A DNA stretch of 64,000 nt, taken from NCBI GenBank assembly GCA_963618495.1, contig CAVESF010000003.1, forward strand, positions 7,190-71,189, in the 5' to 3' direction. The position numbers and the translations under genes are program-made. The notes beneath the pieces were generated by a model. The model saw nothing but the letters and a program-made list of their open reading frames with translations, did not search any database and was not told the origin of the DNA. Source of the stretch: Acutalibacteraceae bacterium (GTDB lineage Bacteria; Bacillota; Clostridia; Oscillospirales; CAG-272). Below, in pieces: positions 39,427-46,505 of this stretch (position 1 is its first letter; each line of letters opens with the position of its first letter).

Positions 39427-39448
39427 GAATTATACTATCAAGTGCAAC
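39427..39448 (+). repeat. solo copy of a 22-bp IS-type terminal repeat
   Basis: GAATTATACTATCAAGTGCAAC is identical to 55978-55999, where it precedes an IS30-like transposase stub. The sequences diverge immediately after the 22-mer. Confidence 0.6.
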
Positions 39449-39498
39449 TTTTACAATCTCGTGTGCAGAGTCTTTATACAGAAAGGCAACTGATCTTT

Positions 39499-40635
39499 TC
39501 AGCGTTTTCTGCAAAAGCGCTGTTGCTCAACAATTCGTTGCTCTGTTTCGTTCCTGCCCATTTGTAACACCAACCGGGCGTGTGCTGTACAAAAAAACAG
39601 AATATCCGACATAACAAGCGAGTCTTTGCAAACAGCTTTTGCCCATGCATGCATTTCGATGGCAGTATTCATCGCATTTTTGGCACAGAGCAGGGCTTCT
39701 GATATGCTTCCCTGACGAATGAGAAAATTGCACTTTGATGTATATGAAGTGATCAAATAACAATAAGGGTTTTTCTCAAATCCGTTTACTGCAAGCTCGG
39801 ACGGATCGGCATATATGCGTATCAGCTCTTTTGACGCACTTGTCATGTCATCCCAAGTCTGCAATACCTGCTCTCTTTTTGTCTCCGGATTTTCCGAAAG
39901 CGTTTTTGCGTGCTGAAATAAAGACATTGTATAGTCAAACATAAGGTGCTTGCAGGCTGATTCCGCTTTTTCGCAGGCAGTCACAGAGTCTCCCTTTGTT
40001 TGCGCGATTCTGCAAAGTGCCTTGTCTCTGATGCCGCACAAATCCGGTAATTTCATCGCAACAGCTACTGCTTCCTCAAACATCTCTTTAAGAAGCAAAT
40101 GATTGATCAGAGAATTTTTAGCGTCAATTTGTATTTCGGGAAGCGTGCAGTTGTCACAAACGGAACGCAACATTCTGTAGCATTCAAGCCAAAGCTCGTC
40201 AAACCGTTCTTCGGGAATATCAAATTTTTTTCTGACACGCACTACATGCAAATAATCCTGAATGGCAAAAGCACATTTGACCTTTACAGCATAGTCAAGC
40301 GGGTATTTGTTCAAATATTTCTTGTACAGTTCGTATACAAGCAAATCTGCATTGTTTTCAGGCGAATTTACAGAATAAGTCGCCCAGATTTCTTTGACTT
40401 TGCTTTCGAGTTCTTCCTTATCCGCACATTCATTTGTTCCGACGCCAAGCAGGTAGTCGGTGGATACAGACAAAAGAGCCGCTAACGGAACGATTTGCGA
40501 AATGTCGGGCATGGTATTATCGCATTCCCAATTAGATACGGACTGAGTAGATACGCCGATGTGGTCGGCAACAAAGGATTGCGATACTCCGGCTTCCTTA
40601 CGAAGTGCTTTCAGTCGTTGTCTAAAACTATTCAT
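39499..40635 (-). CDS. XRE-family HTH regulator with long helical-repeat (TPR-like) C-terminal domain
   Basis: The N-terminus ..RLKALRKEAGVSQSFVADHIGVSTQSVSNWECDNTMPDISQIVPLAALLSVSTDYLL is an HTH_3 domain. It is followed by about 300 aa of all-helical-looking sequence. A GGAGG RBS is present. Confidence 0.8.
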   Translation of the reverse strand: MNSFRQRLKALRKEAGVSQSFVADHIGVSTQSVSNWECDNTMPDISQIVPLAALLSVSTDYLLGVGTNECADKEELESKVKEIWATYSVNSPENNADLLVYELYKKYLNKYPLDYAVKVKCAFAIQDYLHVVRVRKKFDIPEERFDELWLECYRMLRSVCDNCTLPEIQIDAKNSLINHLLLKEMFEEAVAVAMKLPDLCGIRDKALCRIAQTKGDSVTACEKAESACKHLMFDYTMSLFQHAKTLSENPETKREQVLQTWDDMTSASKELIRIYADPSELAVNGFEKNPYCYLITSYTSKCNFLIRQGSISEALLCAKNAMNTAIEMHAWAKAVCKDSLVMSDILFFCTAHARLVLQMGRNETEQRIVEQQRFCRKR

Positions 40636-40660
40636 TATGTTCCTCCGTTTAAATTGTATT

Positions 40661-40713
40661 GAAACCGGCGCCGGTTTCTGATATTATTATAGCAAAATTT
40701 CAAAGAAAATCAA
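40661..40713 (-). promoter_or_regulatory. promoter plus 18-bp perfect palindrome (candidate operator) for the minus-strand XRE gene
   Basis: On the minus strand: TTGATT (40713-08), a 16-nt spacer, then TATAAT (40691-86). GAAACCGGCGCCGGTTTC (40661-40678) lies between the -10 and the RBS. Confidence 0.5.
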
Positions 40714-40857
40714 TATACTGTACCGTGACTTGCGGTATTACTCTGTTTGTATAATTCGTGGCGGTCAGCCCTTAAATTTTGCGTAGCAGTAGTCAAAGAA
40801 AAGCGGTCGAAACAACTGCGGGTTGTATGTTGCGCCTGAAAATAAACATTGCGGTTC

Positions 40858-40908
40858 TTGATATCAATGGTGAAGCATGGTATAATGTAACCAAGATAAG
40901 CGCTTATC
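40858..40908 (+). promoter_or_regulatory. promoter plus 14-bp perfect palindrome (candidate operator) for the plus-strand XRE gene
   Basis: TTGATA (40858-63), a 17-nt spacer ending in TGG, then TATAAT (40881-86). GATAAGCGCTTATC (40895-40908) lies 8 nt downstream of the -10. Confidence 0.55.
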
Positions 40909-40934
40909 AATCTAAATGAAAGTGGGAACACAAT

Positions 40935-42008
40935 ATGCAAATAAATTTGAAAGACAAACTGCGTTCATTGCGCTTACAGAAAAATATCACACAAGAAGCA
41001 CTTGCCAATCATCTCGGCATTACACCGCAATCGGTCGGAAAATGGGAGCGTGGCGAAGGTTTTCCCGACATTACGCTCTTGCCGCGCATTGCATTTTATT
41101 TTGACATAACGGTGGATGAGCTTTTGTGCGTGGATCAGGTAAGAGTGGAAGAAGCAATTGCTGAATATGAACGGCAATCCGCCATCTATAAAAATAACGG
41201 TGAGAACGAAAAGAACCTTGAATTATGGGAACAGGCGTATGCAGAATTTCCGAACGATTGCCGCGTGATCGAAGGGTTGATGTTTGCTATAAACAGAGAG
41301 GCGGTCTATCCGTGTCCAAAGAACAAGGCAGAACGTATTATTTTACTTGGAGAGAAGCTTTTACAGAAAGCCACGGACGCAAGGCAAAGAGAAAACGCAC
41401 TTCAGTGCCTTTGTTACACTTATGATGGCATTGACAAGGAAAAAGCTCTTTATTATGCAGATATGTGCGGCGGTTTTAATGTGACAAGGGATGAACTCCG
41501 GACAACTATTTTGGACGGTGAAGATGGGGTTGAGTCGTGCCAAAGCTATATAGACTCTCTGATCCACACGGCAGCAATGACTGCTTTGCGCATGACATCA
41601 AAAATTTCTTTTTCACATGAGGAAAAAATCGAGGCATTTCAGTTTGCCATTGACATTCTGGAGCGTTTATATGCAGACGGAAATGTGGGTTTTTATGCGG
41701 TTTACCTGTCGAATTATTACGCTATGATAGCTTTTGAGTACGCACAAATGCACGATTCGCAAAAAACGCTTGACGCTTTGACAGAGAGCTGTCGCTATGC
41801 GGTTATTGAAGCGAATCTGAAGGATATGGATTATACAGCGCCTATGGTGAATCGATTGAAGTACAAAAAAGCGAATACGTCCAAGAATTACAAAGGGAAC
41901 GCCTGCAATCTCAGATTAAAAGCATTGGAAAACAGACAATTTGATTTTATCAGAGAGGGAGATGCATTCAGGAAACTCATCGCAATGCTGGAACAAAACG
42001 CAGAGTAA
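40935..42008 (+). CDS. XRE-family HTH regulator with helical-repeat C-terminal domain
   Basis: The N-terminus ..LRSLRLQKNITQEALANHLGITPQSVGKWERGEGFPDITLLPRIAFYFDITVDELL is an HTH_3 domain. About 290 aa of helical domain follows. 357 aa. Confidence 0.8.
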   Translation: MQINLKDKLRSLRLQKNITQEALANHLGITPQSVGKWERGEGFPDITLLPRIAFYFDITVDELLCVDQVRVEEAIAEYERQSAIYKNNGENEKNLELWEQAYAEFPNDCRVIEGLMFAINREAVYPCPKNKAERIILLGEKLLQKATDARQRENALQCLCYTYDGIDKEKALYYADMCGGFNVTRDELRTTILDGEDGVESCQSYIDSLIHTAAMTALRMTSKISFSHEEKIEAFQFAIDILERLYADGNVGFYAVYLSNYYAMIAFEYAQMHDSQKTLDALTESCRYAVIEANLKDMDYTAPMVNRLKYKKANTSKNYKGNACNLRLKALENRQFDFIREGDAFRKLIAMLEQNAE

Positions 42009-42183
42009 ATTTTGCGGTGTAGCAGGCAAAGAAAAGGGTTTCCGAAAGTCATAACCACCGGCAAAGCCGGTGGCTTGCACAGCCCTATAAGGGCATGGTA
42101 CTGGCAGGGCTGAAAGCCCTCTGAAAAGTCTGACATTTGCAAATTTGCACTGCAGTCGCAAATGCGACAACAACTACTTTTCG

Positions 42184-42299
42184 CCTCCCTTGTGTAAAGG
42201 GAGGTGCCGAGCGACGCGAGGCGGAGGGATTGCAAAATTCACATGACAGAAACAATCCCTCAGTCGCCTGCGGCGACAGCTCCCTTTGCACAAGGGAGC
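42184..42299. repeat. 116-bp composite imperfect palindrome (REP/MITE-like)
   Basis: The left arm is CCTCCCTTGTGTAAAGGGAGGTGCCGAGCGACGCGAGGCGGAGGGATTG. The reverse complement of the right arm is CCCTTGTGCAAAGGGAGCTGTCGCCGCAGGCGACTGAGGGATTG. Each arm end is itself an 8-bp-stem hairpin. Confidence 0.7.
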
Positions 42300-42499
42300 C
42301 ACCGCTGCGGCGGGATTGCTCATCGGCAAAAGCCTTTCCGGAACCACCCTCTTAGCGGGTGGTTTTCGTAAGAACTCCTCCTTCGTCGGAGTTCTCTATA
42401 CAAAAAGAAAGCGGCTTGTGCTGTAACTATGGCACAAGCCGCTTTCCTGCCGCCATAGGATTTTTGCGAAGTGGCGGAGAAGCATCAATTATAAGCAGG

Positions 42500-42544
42500 A
42501 AATCAGCCGAAAGTGGGGCGAAAAGCCTCATTTTCGGCTGATTT
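42500..42544. terminator. bidirectional terminator hairpin
   Basis: AAATCAGCCGAAA-(19 nt)-TTTCGGCTGATTT forms a 13-bp stem. It lies 3 nt from the stop of the minus-strand P-loop gene. Confidence 0.65.
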
Positions 42545-42546
42545 TA

Positions 42547-43200
42547 TTACTTGGTAAATCCAAAATATTCGGCAACCTCAGTTACTGTGGTATCTATGCT
42601 TGTATGGTCGTTCCAAATAATATTTTTAATATCAAGCTCGGTAACCCAATCCGGTATGTTCAATTCGACAGGCGTAACACATTCATAAGCACGCTCTATA
42701 ACTCGTTGCTTTTCTTCATCGCTCAAATCTGTTCGCCTGGCAACAGCATCGCGTATATTTTCGTGATCCGGACGGTTAAACCAATCAAAAGCAGTACTTT
42801 GATTACAAAGATGAACAGCATTTGTCGCAACCGGAGCAATCGCATAATAATCAATATCACCCTCGCAAATAATAACCTTATGCAAGGAAGAAAGTTGAAT
42901 AAGCTCGGCAACCATCATCGGCGTCATTTCTGCTACAAAATGCGTTTCGCGTTCTGCAATTACCTCTTTTGGCAGCTCCCAAAAGCTTTTGACGCCGTAT
43001 TCTTTTTCGAAGTCACGACACATATAAGGTTGGTCAACAGGATTGGCTGATTTCATTTGACGGTTTCGGCTTTCGTCAGTACTGTAAATGTAAAATCCGT
43101 ATTTTTCCTTCAAACGATTTGCTATGGTTGTTTTTCCTCTGCCCCAAATAAAATACACATTTTTTAGTTTGTTTTTTATAATGCTGTCTGCAATATTCAT
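42547..43200 (-). CDS. P-loop kinase-like protein with atypical Walker A, function unknown
   Basis: 217 aa. The N-terminal ..NVYFIWGRGKTTIANRL.. is a GKT[T] P-loop lacking the first Gly of GxxxxGK. The gene is low in GC. Confidence 0.5.
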   Translation of the reverse strand: MNIADSIIKNKLKNVYFIWGRGKTTIANRLKEKYGFYIYSTDESRNRQMKSANPVDQPYMCRDFEKEYGVKSFWELPKEVIAERETHFVAEMTPMMVAELIQLSSLHKVIICEGDIDYYAIAPVATNAVHLCNQSTAFDWFNRPDHENIRDAVARRTDLSDEEKQRVIERAYECVTPVELNIPDWVTELDIKNIIWNDHTSIDTTVTEVAEYFGFTK

Positions 43201-43294
43201 TGGTTACCTCGCACGTAAAGATATTAAGACGGGACATTCAAATACAATGAATAATCCAAACGTTTCTGCAAATAAGAACATTTTCGACTGATTT

Positions 43295-43369
43295 TGGTCG
43301 GGATGACAGGAGTCGAACCTGCTTGAACTTGCTCCCAAAGCAAGCGGGTAACCGTTACCCTACATCCCG
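43295..43369 (-). tRNA. tRNA-Pro (anticodon UGG), CCA encoded
   Basis: The reverse complement is CGGGATG TA GGGT AACGGTT ACCC G CTTGC TTTGGGA GCAAG TTCAA GCAGG TTCGACT CCTGT CATCCCG A CCA. It folds as a 7-bp acceptor, D arm, anticodon loop with TGG at 34-36 and G37, and a T arm with TTCGA. 75 nt. Confidence 0.9.
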
Positions 43370-43403
43370 ATATAACATGTTCACACCGATGCGGCATGAA
43401 CAT

Positions 43404-43432
43404 ATTATATCAAAACATTTACCGATTGTCAA
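43404..43432 (-). promoter_or_regulatory. perfect consensus sigma-A promoter for tRNA-Pro
   Basis: On the minus strand: TTGACA (43432-27), a 17-nt spacer, then TATAAT (43409-04). A 14-bp (13/14) inverted repeat lies in the short leader before the tRNA 5' end. Confidence 0.55.
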
Positions 43433-43459
43433 TATCAGGCGGGAATTTCGCTATGATAA

Positions 43460-44194
43460 TTATTTTGCAATGAATTTATCCGCTTCCTGTCTGATGATAT
43501 TTATATATGCAGGATCGGTATTTTCGGGTACAAAGGTAACATCTGCGGCATTTCTGCCGGTAAAGAATTTAAACCATACAAGGCCGATGGCATATCTGCC
43601 GTAATCAAGCGACATGTGAAAACCGTCACGGCAAAGGGAAGTGCCTCCGTTTTTGTAATCAAACGGCGGTATGGCACGCAGATGCTGAATGAAATCGCCC
43701 GAGCCGATTATCGGAAGCGAATGCTTTTGCGCCGCCTCGGTACTTGATTCCACGATAGCATGATACATATTCATCTGATTTTTCAGATAATATGCAAAAT
43801 TTCCGTGAGAGGAATCTATCTCATAAGCCCATGTTCTGTGAAAAGCAATTTTTGCTTTGGGGCAGGCGGCTTTTACGGTATCGAGAACCGCTGTAAGATA
43901 GGGTTCATATGTTTCAATCTTTCCCGACAAACCGCTGACCTGCTGAACCGTCACATAATCCCATTCTTCACGCACGAGCGCATCAGGTATGCTGATTTTT
44001 TCGATGCAGTGCGTATTTTCTTCATAATCATAGGCAGGCGCATTTTCGACAATATTTTTTGCGTGCATTTCCAGACTGCAACCGCCGATATATAGATTGC
44101 GGACGAATAAATTTTCTCCCGCGGAAGCGGCGATATCCTGAAGATAACGCGTCGCATCCTGTGAAAAGCTGTTTCCTATGGCTAAGATTTTCAT
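43460..44194 (-). CDS. SGNH/GDSL-type hydrolase, DUF4886-like
   Basis: MKILAIGNSFSQDATRYL.. carries the GNSFS block I, and ..CRDGFHMS.. is a block-V-like DxxH. 244 aa. Confidence 0.7.
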   Translation of the reverse strand: MKILAIGNSFSQDATRYLQDIAASAGENLFVRNLYIGGCSLEMHAKNIVENAPAYDYEENTHCIEKISIPDALVREEWDYVTVQQVSGLSGKIETYEPYLTAVLDTVKAACPKAKIAFHRTWAYEIDSSHGNFAYYLKNQMNMYHAIVESSTEAAQKHSLPIIGSGDFIQHLRAIPPFDYKNGGTSLCRDGFHMSLDYGRYAIGLVWFKFFTGRNAADVTFVPENTDPAYINIIRQEADKFIAK

Positions 44195-44970
44195 AATATG
44201 TACTCCGTTTGTTTTTTAGCCGAGAGAAGTTCACGCACTTCCTTTGCCTTACCGCAGGTCATTGCGCCCTCACTGCAGGCGCCGCGCAGGCATGCGGGTC
44301 CCGCGTTTTTAAAAAGATTAGGTGCGACATCACGAACAAGCATAAGCATTTCTCTTGCCAGTGCGCGGATTTCCCACTGGGCGCGTTCACAGCAACGCAG
44401 GGTGAAGAAATTATAGAGCGAGCGCACATTCATCGTCATTATGATTTTTGTATCACAGGCGCCGGGAAGAACAAAGCGTGCATCTTCGTTTGCGAGCTTT
44501 TCGGCGGCGCGGCGGGCGGATTTTTCGTCTTTGCCCTCGGAGATGAGGCACTTTGTATGCGCTTCCGTCAGCATGGCGCGCAGGCTTTCATAATGGCGTG
44601 CGTCCTCCTCCATGGCGGCGATGAATTCCGCTTTGGCTTCGGGTATTTTTTCTATTTCGGGCGGCAATATATAATCGAAATTTGCCTTTGAAACATATCG
44701 CTGGCTCTGTACGGAATATGAAGCTATTCTGTGTCTGGTTATCTGCGCGAGCAGTGTTCTCGAAACGCCCTCTATGCCGAATGTAAACGAAGCGTGTTCC
44801 ACAGGGCTTTCATGACCGAGACTTGTCAGCATATCGAGAAAACTTTCTGTTTTTTCTGGAGTGAGGTTATCGAGCAAATCATCTATATTGCTTTTGGAAT
44901 AGCAGAGCTTTGCCGCCGCCGCGACAATTTTATCCGCATGGGGTGTATAGGCAAGAAGTTCAACATGCAT
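44191..44970 (-). CDS. thyX: FAD-dependent thymidylate synthase ThyX
   Basis: Has the ThyX motif RHRIASYSVQSQRY. 259 aa. It overlaps both neighbouring genes. Confidence 0.92.
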   Translation of the reverse strand: MHVELLAYTPHADKIVAAAAKLCYSKSNIDDLLDNLTPEKTESFLDMLTSLGHESPVEHASFTFGIEGVSRTLLAQITRHRIASYSVQSQRYVSKANFDYILPPEIEKIPEAKAEFIAAMEEDARHYESLRAMLTEAHTKCLISEGKDEKSARRAAEKLANEDARFVLPGACDTKIIMTMNVRSLYNFFTLRCCERAQWEIRALAREMLMLVRDVAPNLFKNAGPACLRGACSEGAMTCGKAKEVRELLSAKKQTEYIL

Positions 44971-45736
44971 TTTTCTTTTCCTCTTTTCTTTTTTTATTCT
45001 TGTATTTATATGTGCCGAAAATAAATTTCGGTATTTTCATCATTCTGGGCAGGCGCGAGGGCTGGCAGAGAAGCCGCCAGAACCATTCGAGCCACATGGA
45101 AATAAATGCTTTCGGCGCACGTTTTGCAGTGCCTGCGTAAATATCAAGGCTTCCGCCGAGGCAGAGAAGCAGGGAAGCGCAGAGCTTTTTTCTGTTCTCA
45201 TACGCCCATATTTCCTGCGCGGGCGAGCCGAGGCAGATATAGAGAATATCGGCTTTTGCTTTGTTTATCTCATCGATAACGGCGTCGTTTTCCGCTCCGC
45301 GTTTAGCGAAATATCCGTTGTGTGTGCCGACGATATTCAGCTCCGCATATTTTTCGCGCATCTTTTGTGCCGCGATACCCGCAACATCGGGTTTGCCGCC
45401 GAGAAAATAAACGCGGTAACCCCTTTTTGCCGCAAGCTCAAGCATTTTTTCACCGAATTCCACACCCGCTATTTTTTCCTTTATCGGTGTGCCGAGGATT
45501 TTTGCGGCGAGGAGAACTCCTGCGCCGTCCGGCAGTATAAGTTCCGCAGAGGAGACGATATCGTGCATTTCCTTTTCCTCAATGCATTTTTGCAGGATTT
45601 CCGCATTCGGCGTATGAACGGCTGTCTGCCTTTTTTCGTCTATGGCACGCTCTGCCGCAGATACGGCATAGGAAAATGTGATATTATCAAAAAGTATGCC
45701 GCGTATATCCGTTTTTTCCAGAATCATCACATCCAA
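44960..45736 (-). CDS. tagA: WecG/TagA/CpsF family glycosyltransferase
   Basis: ..ILPDGAGVLLAAKILG..VYFLGGKP..ADILYICLGSPAQEIW.. is typical of TagA. The exact start is uncertain (TTG 45736 or ATG 45727). Confidence 0.82.
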   Translation of the reverse strand: MDVMILEKTDIRGILFDNITFSYAVSAAERAIDEKRQTAVHTPNAEILQKCIEEKEMHDIVSSAELILPDGAGVLLAAKILGTPIKEKIAGVEFGEKMLELAAKRGYRVYFLGGKPDVAGIAAQKMREKYAELNIVGTHNGYFAKRGAENDAVIDEINKAKADILYICLGSPAQEIWAYENRKKLCASLLLCLGGSLDIYAGTAKRAPKAFISMWLEWFWRLLCQPSRLPRMMKIPKFIFGTYKYKNKKRKEEKKNAC

Positions 45737-45834
45737 TTTTTACTTTCTTCTATATCATATCACATTTGAGGAAAAAAAACCATAATATTTTGAAAAATAT
45801 CATGGAAATTTCTAAAAGATTTGAAGTTAAAATA

Positions 45835-45863
45835 TTGAAAAGAGGGAAATATTATGCTATAAT
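45835..45863 (+). promoter_or_regulatory. sigma-A promoter for the MBL-gltX-metG-like operon
   Basis: TTGAAA (45835-40), a 17-nt spacer, then TATAAT (45858-63). Confidence 0.55.
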
Positions 45864-45893
45864 ATTCAATATTTATCATGATTTGGAGGGTAT

Positions 45894-46478
45894 ATGAAGA
45901 GAAATGTATACTGTCTGTATCCGATATGTACAAATTGCTATCTTATTTCCGACGGAGGAGAGTGCGCAGTTATCGATCCTGCATCCTCGGCGAAGCTTCT
46001 GCGCGATGAGATAGAGAAAATCGGTGCAAAGCTGAAATACATTCTGCTCACGCACGGGCATTTTGACCATATCGGCGGCGCGGACGGGCTGAAAACTTAT
46101 TTTCCGGAAGCGAAAATAATGATAAGCTCCGATGACGCGGCGATGCTTGCTGATCCGAGTATGAACGTATCCGCGCTTTTCGGAGGGGACAGCGTTTTAT
46201 GCCTTTCCGGCTATGAGACTGTGGCGGACGGTGATATACTGACTCTCGGAAATGAGAAAATCTCCGTCATGGCAACGCCTGGGCACACAAAAGGCTCGCT
46301 CTGCTATATCTGCTCCGATGCCGTCTATACGGGCGATACGCTATTTGACGACGGCTACGGCAGAACCGATCTGCCGAATGCCGCACCGGAGAAGATAGAG
46401 GATTCCGTTTCGCGCATAAAGCGTATGTACGCGGGAAAAGCCGCATTCCCCGGTCACGGCGAGGGCTTCATAATATAG
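45894..46478 (+). CDS. MBL-fold metallo-hydrolase
   Basis: Has the motifs ..LLTHGHFDHIGG.. and ..TPGHTKGS... 194 aa. Confidence 0.85.
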   Translation: MKRNVYCLYPICTNCYLISDGGECAVIDPASSAKLLRDEIEKIGAKLKYILLTHGHFDHIGGADGLKTYFPEAKIMISSDDAAMLADPSMNVSALFGGDSVLCLSGYETVADGDILTLGNEKISVMATPGHTKGSLCYICSDAVYTGDTLFDDGYGRTDLPNAAPEKIEDSVSRIKRMYAGKAAFPGHGEGFII

Positions 46479-46505
46479 AAATCAACCGAAAGGAAATATA
46501 AATCT

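Noticed and set aside
42085-42355. Track ORFs of 68-72 aa inside the hairpin field (for example MQRELSPQATEGLFLS.., MQICTAVANATTTTF..).
   Set aside because: They are translations of both strands of the palindromic repeats, have no RBS and overlap each other. I treat the region as a non-coding repeat.
43323-43604. A 93-aa track ORF overlapping the tRNA-Pro gene and its promoter.
   Set aside because: It is fully explained by the tRNA on the opposite strand and the 3' end of the DUF4886 gene, and it has no coding signature.
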